DNA of 64,000 nucleotides, taken from contig JACOZP010000007.1 of NCBI GenBank assembly GCA_016181265.1, forward strand, positions 6,560 through 70,559, given 5' to 3'. The DNA comes from Candidatus Woesearchaeota archaeon (GTDB lineage: Archaea; Nanobdellota; Nanobdellia; Woesearchaeales; GW2011-AR9). The notes beneath the pieces were generated by a model. That model saw nothing but the letters and a program-made list of their open reading frames with translations. It ran no database searches and was not told the origin of the DNA. Made by a program: the position numbers and the translations under genes. Position 1 is the first letter of the stretch; each line of letters begins with the position of its first letter. Shown here piece by piece: positions 44,224 to 52,174 of this stretch.

Positions 44224-44753
44224 AACAGCAAGAACATAAGATGAAAGAGAAAAAAGAACAGCTAGGCACAGAAAAAAAGATACTGTTCGTCACCGTTGGA
44301 AATGGTAAGTTTGATCCTTTGGTCCAAGAGTTGGACCGTCTTAAAAAAGAAGGGAAAATCAATCACGATATTATCATCCAAGTAGGACATGGAGAATACA
44401 AGCCTTCACACTGCCAATGGTTTACGTTTGACCAACATCTTGGAAAATATTACGAGAAAGCAGATCTGATCATCGGCCACGGCGGACCGGGAACTGTTTT
44501 TGAAATCCTACGTCTAAAGAAACCATTGATCGCTTTACCTAATCGTGACCGCACCGACCCACAGCATCAGGTTGAATATCTTGAAGCGATGGCAAAAGAA
44601 ACAACCTCATTATTATACTGTGATCATGTAGAGAAGATCAACGAGTTTTTAAAACAAGCAGAGACCCATCAATTTACGTCATATCAACCACCCCCTTGTT
44701 TCATTCATCTAAAAGTACATGAAGCATTGCAGCCGCATGATCAATCGCCTTAG
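44220..44753 (+). CDS. Alg13-like glycosyltransferase family 28 C-terminal domain protein (catalytic subunit)
   Basis: ATGA overlap with the Alg14-like gene. Motifs LFVTVGNGKFD and ADLIIGHGGPGTVFE are present. Confidence 0.7.
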   Translation: MKQQEHKMKEKKEQLGTEKKILFVTVGNGKFDPLVQELDRLKKEGKINHDIIIQVGHGEYKPSHCQWFTFDQHLGKYYEKADLIIGHGGPGTVFEILRLKKPLIALPNRDRTDPQHQVEYLEAMAKETTSLLYCDHVEKINEFLKQAETHQFTSYQPPPCFIHLKVHEALQPHDQSP

Positions 44754-46008
44754 GACCTATCTAAAACGAGGAGAAACCGCTCCTCATCTTCTCAAGACTT
44801 TTTTTATGTACGGTCTGATCGCGTTGAGCATCATCGGCACAAAAGTGTTGATCGCCCGACTTTATGGCCAGGAAGAGCTGGGACAATTTTCTTATTTCTT
44901 CAGTCTCGTCACCGTCGCGTTTCTCTTCACTTCTTTTGGCCTGCCAGAAGCAATTACCCAGCTCGTCGTCAAGAACCATCAACTGCTTCGCCCGATCGTC
45001 AAAAAAGCGTTGAAATGGATTCTCTCGATCTCACTAGTCGTGAGTATCCCGTTGATATCGACCTCTTTCTTTCTAGATACTTCTTTGAGTAAAGTTAATT
45101 TTGTGGTATATATTTCTACCTATACTCTTTTTTACGTCATGTATTGTATCTTTCGCGCCTATAAGAAATTCGTAGAAGGAACATGGTACTCACTCGTCAA
45201 TCGCTTTATTTTCATTGCCACCGTCATTATTGGTGCATATTTGTCCCTGCCTTTTGAATACGTTCTCACCGGTTTATCCCTTGCCCTCTTCACCGCAAGC
45301 ATCGTTTCGCTTCCATCATTGATAAAGCTGTGGAAAGAAGTAGAGATAAGATCAGAAGAAGATAAAACCGTCGAAAAAGAGAAAGAAAATATCACCTCAA
45401 AAGAACTTCTCTCCGTCGCTCTTTCTCTTGCCCTCATGCAAGCTGGCTTTTATCTCCTAAGGGAAACAGATATTCTCATCATCTCTTACCTATCTAATTT
45501 CACAGAATTAGGATTATATTCTGCTCATTCCTCCCTCAGCAACATCATCCGCCTCATTGCCTATGTCTTCCCTGTTGTCATCCTGCCCATGGCCGTTGCA
45601 AGTAGGTACAAGATTAGCGCATCATTTTGGAAAATCATGAAGATTCTCGTACCTTTCTCACTCCTTGTTCTAGCCACAACATACCTCTTTGTGCCTTTGC
45701 TCTACGGCAAAGAATATACGGATTATGTCCTACCGATTGCTCTTGTTGTCTCTTCAGCACTCATGGTCATCTATTCCTACTTCAATTCTGTACTTGTCGG
45801 AGAGAATAAAGTCTCTTCAAACTACCTTACATTGATCACTATCGACTTTTTCATCACACTTGTGGTGAATACCGGATTGACCATTCTCTTCATCAAATGG
45901 TGGGGCATTATCGGCGCACCGATCGCCACCACAATTACACTCTTATTAAAAATAGGATTAAATCTGTATGGGATTAAGAAGTTAAGACAGGAAAATTTAA
46001 ATAGATAA
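44719..46008 (+). CDS. Wzx-like oligosaccharide flippase (MOP superfamily polysaccharide biosynthesis protein)
   Basis: 429 aa with about 12 TM helices and a composition typical of Wzx/RfbX. The start could instead be the ATG at 44737. Confidence 0.65.
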   Translation: MKHCSRMINRLRTYLKRGETAPHLLKTFFMYGLIALSIIGTKVLIARLYGQEELGQFSYFFSLVTVAFLFTSFGLPEAITQLVVKNHQLLRPIVKKALKWILSISLVVSIPLISTSFFLDTSLSKVNFVVYISTYTLFYVMYCIFRAYKKFVEGTWYSLVNRFIFIATVIIGAYLSLPFEYVLTGLSLALFTASIVSLPSLIKLWKEVEIRSEEDKTVEKEKENITSKELLSVALSLALMQAGFYLLRETDILIISYLSNFTELGLYSAHSSLSNIIRLIAYVFPVVILPMAVASRYKISASFWKIMKILVPFSLLVLATTYLFVPLLYGKEYTDYVLPIALVVSSALMVIYSYFNSVLVGENKVSSNYLTLITIDFFITLVVNTGLTILFIKWWGIIGAPIATTITLLLKIGLNLYGIKKLRQENLNR

Positions 46009-46025
46009 ATACCTCCCTCTTACCA

Positions 46026-46247
46026 ATGAGTGATTTAGATCAGAAAGTTGATGACCTATTTAAAAGAGATTTAGCAGGATTAGTTAGGACTGCTAATGAA
46101 CATGGTTATCAATCAGAAGAAGTAAGGACTTACGCCCAAGAAACAGCCCAACACTACAAAAGTTCGGAGAGAAAAGAAGAATATTTAAGACTGTGTGCTA
46201 CAACTCTCGTATTGATGGAATCCTCTGGTGAGGATGAGATCAAATAG
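46026..46247 (+). CDS. hypothetical small acidic protein
   Basis: 73-aa ORF with an ATG start. It has no recognisable motif. Confidence 0.35.
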   Translation: MSDLDQKVDDLFKRDLAGLVRTANEHGYQSEEVRTYAQETAQHYKSSERKEEYLRLCATTLVLMESSGEDEIK

Positions 46248-46295
46248 AGTCAATCCTATTCACTCTCTTCTTTTGACAGGTTTTCTGATCGCCAC

Positions 46296-46568
46296 CTATT
46301 CCTTCGGATGGATTTTCTCACCAGTCTCCAAATCATAAATTTCAATGATACTAACGGGACAGACTTGCGCTCCTTCAAGATGACGAGCTAGATTAGCTTC
46401 ATCGATAATCAGTTCTTCTTGCTCATCGGTTTTTTTTGCCAGAGGATCTTTTAACGTAGCAATGCTCTTCTCTTTATCATAATGCCATAATTCTGGCGCC
46501 GCAAACTCACAGGCTCCCGCGCCGATGCAGTCTTTTTTACGATAGATGATGTGGTATTGTTTGGGCAT
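46296..46568 (-). CDS. mono-cluster ferredoxin-like protein
   Basis: 90 aa. DCIGAGACEFAAP ... AQVCPVSII gives a C-x2-A-x2-C ... CP pattern, which suggests a 3Fe-4S type cluster. Confidence 0.5.
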   Translation of the reverse strand: MPKQYHIIYRKKDCIGAGACEFAAPELWHYDKEKSIATLKDPLAKKTDEQEELIIDEANLARHLEGAQVCPVSIIEIYDLETGEKIHPKE

Positions 46569-46588
46569 GGAATTGGAGGGGAACTAAC

Positions 46589-46609
46589 TTTATTAAAAAG
46601 ATTGTGATT
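46589..46609 (-). promoter_or_regulatory. BRE/TATA-like box upstream of ferredoxin-like gene
   Basis: Coding-strand AATCACAATCTTTTTAATAAAG lies about 29 nt upstream of the ATG at 46568. Confidence 0.45.
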
Positions 46610-46680
46610 TTACAAACTTAATGAGAAGGAAGTGGTTTTATCTTCTTTCGGTAAAGTGAAAGAAAAGAAAAAAAGAAAGA

Positions 46681-47388
46681 CTATTTTATGTCAATCCAAC
46701 TCAAAGTGTTAAAAGAAGTAGGATGCTTAGCGCAGATCCTTTCTGATCCATATTTTCCCTTGTATTTATCACCTATTTGGGCGGATAAACCATCTGGACC
46801 AATTTTATTCCCACATGTTACCCAGCTTTCGTATGTTTTTCCACCAATTACTTTATTTTGACAGCTAGCAGTGGTAAGTGAGCCTCCAAGTCCTCCATCA
46901 TTAACGTTTGAAAGATATATAACGTCATCATTATAATTCATTTCCTTCACAAAGTCGCTATCACATTCTTTGAAACTACCGATCGTAATCTCTTTTCCTG
47001 CTTTGTCTATTTTATTCCAGTCACAAAAAACATCAAAGTTATTATCAACGTTTAAGACCCCATAAACCGGAATATCAACCGTGCAAGTAAAACGTTTCCC
47101 TTTCGCACAAATACTATCTAAAGCTTTGTTATCTTTAGGTTCCATATAACTTCCCCTAAATACCCATCCACTACATTTTGGATCAGCACAATCTATGACC
47201 CCATCTTTATTATCATCTAATTTATTGTCACAGATTTCACCAAGTATTTGGTTTGCCCCTCCCATTGTTGGCGCTGTTACTCCTTTTGGAAGTCTTTTGG
47301 CGTTTCCTGCTAACGTTTCACCAGGCACGCAAGCCACAACAAACAACGTAATGACTACTAATCCTAAAATTACAAACATCTTCTTCAT
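46681..47388 (-). CDS. secreted Cys-rich protein with Ca-binding-like DxDxDG motif
   Basis: The ATG at 47388 (the track start is TTG) gives the signal/anchor MKKMFVILGLVVITLFVVACVPG. There are 14 or more Cys residues, plus DNKLDDNKDGVIDCADPKC. Confidence 0.55.
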   Translation of the reverse strand: MKKMFVILGLVVITLFVVACVPGETLAGNAKRLPKGVTAPTMGGANQILGEICDNKLDDNKDGVIDCADPKCSGWVFRGSYMEPKDNKALDSICAKGKRFTCTVDIPVYGVLNVDNNFDVFCDWNKIDKAGKEITIGSFKECDSDFVKEMNYNDDVIYLSNVNDGGLGGSLTTASCQNKVIGGKTYESWVTCGNKIGPDGLSAQIGDKYKGKYGSERICAKHPTSFNTLSWIDIK

Positions 47389-47639
47389 TACATTCACCCT
47401 TATTAATTTTAATGAACCTCCCAATCGCAGCAGAGCTGCGGGGTATTAGACCCAGAAGGGAATAAAATAAGTAATCTGTTTCAATTTTTAAATCTTTCTG
47501 TCCCCCACTCCCCCAGTGACTAAAGAAAAAGAGAGGAAGAATGGAAACAGAGTGATTACGATTTTATCATTGTTTCTCCAAAGTTTAGAAATGTTCATTG
47601 GCTTCAAAGAATTACAAAAATAATATCTTTTTAACAACC

Positions 47640-48119
47640 CTACCTTTGCTGTGTAAACACGCGAAACTCCTCATACCCTTCCAAAATCTTCAGCAAGGTA
47701 TTCGCTTTCACTTTTCCTGCAGCAAACACATCAACCCTCCCAATCATCAACCCAGGAACGACCAATCGTTGAAATGCTTGATAGATTCTTTCGTATAACT
47801 CTGGAGCAAGAACTTCATCTAACGAAGGATACTTGCCTAGGTAGTAATGAGCAAGCTGATTAATGAAACGATCTGGACGCATTCCCCAAAACGGCCGTGA
47901 AGAGCGTTCCCATTTATTATGGAGAAAAGAATCTAAATCCGGAAACGGTTCACGAATAGAATAGCATCCTCGTAACTTGCCATACTCAGCAATTACTTGC
48001 AATGCATCAAAATCATCTCCTAAAGCACGCGCAGCAGCAAAACGCGGCTCTCGCTCTGCGCTAAATGATTTCCCTTCTTGCGCCAGAAGCACTTTTTGTA
48101 CCAAAAAATAATCTAACAT
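47640..48119 (-). CDS. hypothetical protein
   Basis: 159-aa ORF with an ATG start and a TATA-like AAACTTTTTAAATGA upstream. No family recognised. Confidence 0.5.
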   Translation of the reverse strand: MLDYFLVQKVLLAQEGKSFSAEREPRFAAARALGDDFDALQVIAEYGKLRGCYSIREPFPDLDSFLHNKWERSSRPFWGMRPDRFINQLAHYYLGKYPSLDEVLAPELYERIYQAFQRLVVPGLMIGRVDVFAAGKVKANTLLKILEGYEEFRVFTQQR

Positions 48120-48249
48120 ATACGTCCCGAGCCAGAAATCATTTAAAAAGTTTCATGACATCAGCTTATTTCATAACCTTTAAAACCGAATTCCAAAAAC
48201 TATATAAGAACTAACTAATTCACAATCGTTAACTCTAAGAAGTGGTTCC

Positions 48250-49791
48250 ATGACACCTCCAACCGAAGTAGTACAACGTGAACAGCCCCAGAATCTTACT
48301 GGTATTCCTTCGCAAGAAGAGTCAGATGTCTGGAAACCAGACTATAAGCCCCGATTTAAACGTGTCCTTTTCGTCATCACCGAAGTTTCAGCAAGCTACG
48401 GCCGAGCATTAAACCCCCATCTCGGCGTTGCTATGCTCATGGCGTATCTTGATAAATACAACATCGAGAACGCAGTCATTGATCTTCAATTAGATTATAC
48501 CATTAAAGATGTTATTCAGAAAGCCAAAGATTTCAAAGCCGATGCCATCGGTATTACTATGTTCAGTTTTGATTTCGCAAATACCTATAAAGTCATCGAC
48601 CAGATCAAAGAAAGAACGGGCTTGCCTGTTATTCTTGGCGGCGCGCATATCTCTACCGTCAAAGGCGAATCATTAGAACGTACTAACGCTAACTTCGCCA
48701 TTACCCGTGATGGAGAGATTCCTCTGCTCCAACTTTGTCTTGGTTATCCGTTAGATCAGATCAAAAGTCTCATCTGGAAAGATGAGAATGGAAAAGTTAC
48801 GGAAAATCAGATCCGCAAATTAAACTGGCAATTAGACGACTTGCCTAATCCCGCGTATCATAAATTTGAATTAGAACGATATGTCCATTTCATCGACAAG
48901 CGCCTGCCGATCGAAACTTCACGCGGCTGCCCGTACAGCTGCACATATTGCGATGTCAAAGTAAGCATGGGACAAGCTTTCCGTCCACGCGGGCCGGAAC
49001 ATATTATCACGGAAATAAAACACTTTTATGACCAAGGCTATCGTTTCTTTGAATTTGTCGACGATGTTTTCACGATGGATCTCAATCGTGCCAAGACTGT
49101 CTGTCGTATGATTTTAGAAAGTGGCATGAAGTTCCGCTGGAATTGCGCCAACGGCATCCGCGCTGATAGAGTAGACGAAGAATTACTGCGCTTGATGAAA
49201 GATGCCGGCTGTGAATTCGTCGCCTATGGTTTAGAAACAGGCAATCCGGAGATGTTGAAGATTATTAAAAAAGCAATTACGTTAGAGAAAGCAACGGAGA
49301 CGTTTCATCTCACAAAGAAGATTGGTTTAAAGTTTGCCGTTAATTTTATTATTGGCCACCAAGAAGAAACATTTGAACGTGCGATGGACTCCATCAGATA
49401 TGCCAAATCCATCCCAGCAGATTATGTCAATTTCTCAAACATGATCCCCTATCCAGGAACAGAAATCTATAAATGGCTCTGTGACAACGAAAAATCGGGA
49501 CGGGCACGATTTTTAGTTCCCAAAGAAGAATTCTTAAAAAATTCGACAACAAAATTAGGACTTCCCGTCTTTGAAACAGATGAATTCAGTTATGCCGAAC
49601 GCGTCAAAGCGTTGAAACTCGGCCGCGGCATTGCTAAGAGATCACATTTGAAATATCGTCTTGGGCCAGTCATCGGAAGCGCCGTCTATCAGATCTCTCG
49701 CAATGACAAAGCATACAATGCTTTACGACGCTTTGCGACTGGCTCGCATTTCGGGAAGAGATTGTACAATCAGTTTAGGAGAGTGTATTGA
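48250..49791 (+). CDS. B12-binding-domain radical SAM protein (class B-like)
   Basis: 513 aa. It has an N-terminal Rossmann-like B12-binding region (VLFVITE..ADAIGITMF..ILGGAH) followed by ETSRGCPYSCTYCD (CxxxCxxC). Confidence 0.8.
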   Translation: MTPPTEVVQREQPQNLTGIPSQEESDVWKPDYKPRFKRVLFVITEVSASYGRALNPHLGVAMLMAYLDKYNIENAVIDLQLDYTIKDVIQKAKDFKADAIGITMFSFDFANTYKVIDQIKERTGLPVILGGAHISTVKGESLERTNANFAITRDGEIPLLQLCLGYPLDQIKSLIWKDENGKVTENQIRKLNWQLDDLPNPAYHKFELERYVHFIDKRLPIETSRGCPYSCTYCDVKVSMGQAFRPRGPEHIITEIKHFYDQGYRFFEFVDDVFTMDLNRAKTVCRMILESGMKFRWNCANGIRADRVDEELLRLMKDAGCEFVAYGLETGNPEMLKIIKKAITLEKATETFHLTKKIGLKFAVNFIIGHQEETFERAMDSIRYAKSIPADYVNFSNMIPYPGTEIYKWLCDNEKSGRARFLVPKEEFLKNSTTKLGLPVFETDEFSYAERVKALKLGRGIAKRSHLKYRLGPVIGSAVYQISRNDKAYNALRRFATGSHFGKRLYNQFRRVY

Positions 49792-49802
49792 GATCAGTAA
49801 GA

Positions 49803-50039
49803 ATGGCAGACGATCTTTTAGATTTGGAAGAGGCAGTCTTAAGAGCTAAGACGAGAATCTCTGGATCAGTTAGTACCATTGCCAACCTCTATGAAGAAGA
49901 CAGAAACAAGTGTTATGCTCGAGGATATCATCGAGTTGGTAGCGACGAAGATAGACACGGTGAACTCAGAATCTGTTATGACTGTGAACTATTCTTTGGC
50001 AAAAACGATGGTGTTTCCTATAGAGTCGAACCACTCTAA
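49803..50039 (+). CDS. small hypothetical protein following the radical SAM gene
   Basis: 78 aa from the ATG at 49803; the track start, TTG 49788, overlaps the rSAM stop. It has an acidic N-terminus, then KCYARGYH and ICYDCELFF. Confidence 0.4.
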   Translation: MADDLLDLEEAVLRAKTRISGSVSTIANLYEEDRNKCYARGYHRVGSDEDRHGELRICYDCELFFGKNDGVSYRVEPL

Positions 50040-50105
50040 AGAAAGACCTAAGTTCTCTCTAACTTCACAATCTTTAAATAATCACTTTCTCTAATATTAC
50101 CCGAA

Positions 50106-50816
50106 ATGAATTACGAACAACTCTATTCGGGAGAACATCTCAAAAAGATCAATCCGAAATGGACATTCCGCAAGTGGTCTTATCGCCATACGTTCGTGGC
50201 AAAGATGAAATATGTCACTAAACTTCTCCAGAAAACGCCAAAAACACATAAGATTCTCGACGCCGGCTGCGGCCAAGGCCTTTTAGTCGAACATCTCCGT
50301 AAAAGAGGTTACGACGTCAGAGGAATCGATGCATTCTACGGCTCGGAATATGTCCATCAAGGAGATCTTCTTCAAAACGACTTTTCCAACAACACGTTCG
50401 ATGTCATTCTCTGTCTCGATGTCATTGAACACTTCCCGTTACTAGAACAAGAAAAACTCATCCAAGAATTAACACGCATCCTTAAGCCAAACGGAAAAAT
50501 CATCTGGAGTATTCCCAATCAAGCACATCTTTCCTCACGCTTTCTTTTCCTTCTTACGGGCAGACTACTTCGCACCGCCAAAGTAGAATATCATCCCGGA
50601 GACAGGCCGATCACCGAATATTATCGGCTTCTCCGTAAACATCTTACTATTACGCAAAAGAAAGGTCTTTCCCCGACCATTCCAATCCTCTTCCAAGCCA
50701 CACAAGTCACCCCTCAGTACACGGGCTGGCTCCACACAATCCTACGACCATTTGCGCTCGTCCCAAACTGGTGTTTCAATGTGATTGTCATCACAAAGAA
50801 AGGTGAAAGAAAATGA
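50106..50816 (+). CDS. class I SAM-dependent methyltransferase
   Basis: 236 aa. It has motif I ILDAGCGQGLL and motif II VILCLDVIEH. Confidence 0.8.
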   Translation: MNYEQLYSGEHLKKINPKWTFRKWSYRHTFVAKMKYVTKLLQKTPKTHKILDAGCGQGLLVEHLRKRGYDVRGIDAFYGSEYVHQGDLLQNDFSNNTFDVILCLDVIEHFPLLEQEKLIQELTRILKPNGKIIWSIPNQAHLSSRFLFLLTGRLLRTAKVEYHPGDRPITEYYRLLRKHLTITQKKGLSPTIPILFQATQVTPQYTGWLHTILRPFALVPNWCFNVIVITKKGERK

Positions 50817-51235
50817 GGTTTTATCAAAGAATGGGAGCAAGTCTTCTCGCGCTTGCTGCTCTTCACTGCAGCCCACAGTATTTTGTCGTTCCTAGCGATG
50901 TTAATAAAGATAAGCACGTTGATTTGATAGTCGGCGAGCAAGACGGCGACGTATACGTTCTCATTAACTCTAGAGCAAACAGAGAAGATTCACAACGAGG
51001 AAATGTCAGTACCTACATTAAAGGGAAAAAACATGATCTTCCCGTGCGAGAAGAGGGATACACCAGATCAGATCTCGGCTCGCTCCTTCACGGCTTAAAA
51101 CAGATGGGAGTCTACGACATTGATAATGACGGGCTAGAAGACGTCATCGCCACCGACAATAAACAGAATGTTTACCTTTTCTTCAACGAGGGTGATGGGA
51201 ATTTTAGATTAACAAAAACAATCATCGCCCCATAA
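50813..51235 (+). CDS. secreted FG-GAP/VCBS-repeat-like protein
   Basis: 140 aa with an ATGA overlap. It has the signal-like MGASLLALAALHC and two DxDxDG-type repeats (DVNKDKHVDLIVG, DIDNDGLEDVIATD). Confidence 0.55.
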   Translation: MRFYQRMGASLLALAALHCSPQYFVVPSDVNKDKHVDLIVGEQDGDVYVLINSRANREDSQRGNVSTYIKGKKHDLPVREEGYTRSDLGSLLHGLKQMGVYDIDNDGLEDVIATDNKQNVYLFFNEGDGNFRLTKTIIAP

Positions 51236-51817
51236 CTATGCTGCCAAGCCCTGTAAGATATACTTTACTCCCCACGATAATGTAATTAGACCGAGGATTG
51301 TTGAGATCACTTGAATCAGAATTTTCCCCAAGACTTTACCGACTCTCTCCGCATTATAAAAGAGAACAGCCGTCCCTAACAACACGACACCGATCGCGGA
51401 ACCCGTGACTGCTCTCCCATAATCATGAGCCGAAAGAATGATTGAAGTTATTGCTGCCGGTCCGGTTAGTAATGGAGTGCCAATAATCGAAGCAACTGCC
51501 CAGCCAGAATTATTCTTTAATTGGTCAATATTAGTCAGGGAATATCCTAATACCATTTTGACACCTAGAATTCCTAAGATAATTCCTCCTGCAATCTGAA
51601 ACTCATTGATTTTAGTGTTAAAAAGATCCAAGAGATTCTGACCGAAAATCAACACTAACAATGATAAAGAAGCGGCGACGAGAACGGCAATCAACGCTAT
51701 GATCTTTCTCTCCCTACCCTGCATCTTATTCGTCGCAACAGTAAAGACCACAAAACTAGCTAGCGGATCAAAGATGACGAAGAATAAAACCAATAATTGA
51801 TAGAATGGATCAATCAT
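51236..51817 (-). CDS. MarC family (UPF0056) integral membrane protein
   Basis: 193 aa with 6 TM helices and the N-terminal FFVIFDPLAS motif. Confidence 0.7.
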   Translation of the reverse strand: MIDPFYQLLVLFFVIFDPLASFVVFTVATNKMQGRERKIIALIAVLVAASLSLLVLIFGQNLLDLFNTKINEFQIAGGIILGILGVKMVLGYSLTNIDQLKNNSGWAVASIIGTPLLTGPAAITSIILSAHDYGRAVTGSAIGVVLLGTAVLFYNAERVGKVLGKILIQVISTILGLITLSWGVKYILQGLAA

Positions 51818-51829
51818 CTAGTGCACCAC

Positions 51830-52105
51830 TTAAAAAATTGTAAACGGTTCCTCTTCAAAACGAACATAGACAGGATATTCATGGGTCTCCCGTTTATATG
51901 TGATCGGCAAGATTGCTCTAATCCTCTCTTCTTGCTCGGGGAGAATAAGAGGTTGATTTTCTTGGGGGGAGATAATAACCTCTAACGTTCCTGGGTTCTC
52001 CGAAACGTCTAGACTACAGCTTAGAGTGTATCCTAATGCTTCAATTTCAGGAGAGTAGCGAAGGTAGAAAGAACTGATATCGTCGCTGTGAAAATCTAGT
52101 ACCAC
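51830..52105 (-). CDS. hypothetical protein (GTG start)
   Basis: 91-aa ORF with no internal Met and a GTG at 52105. It lies in the same transcription unit as its neighbours. Confidence 0.3.
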   Translation of the reverse strand: MVLDFHSDDISSFYLRYSPEIEALGYTLSCSLDVSENPGTLEVIISPQENQPLILPEQEERIRAILPITYKRETHEYPVYVRFEEEPFTIF

Positions 52106-52174
52106 AACTCGAAAAGCGTTCTTGAAGTACTTAAATTTTGTTTACTACTTAATAATCTTAAAAATAGTATACTA

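Noticed and set aside
44719-44753. 35-nt overlap between the Alg13-like gene end and the Wzx-like gene start, considered as a possible frameshift or fusion.
   Set aside because: Both frames have clean termini and an alternative ATG at 44737. Overlaps are common throughout this window, so no frameshift is needed.
50813-50890. Possible lipobox (LAALHC) in the FG-GAP-like protein.
   Set aside because: Archaeal lipobox usage is uncertain, and the motif deviates from L-[AS]-[GA]-C. I call it only a signal-like N-terminus.
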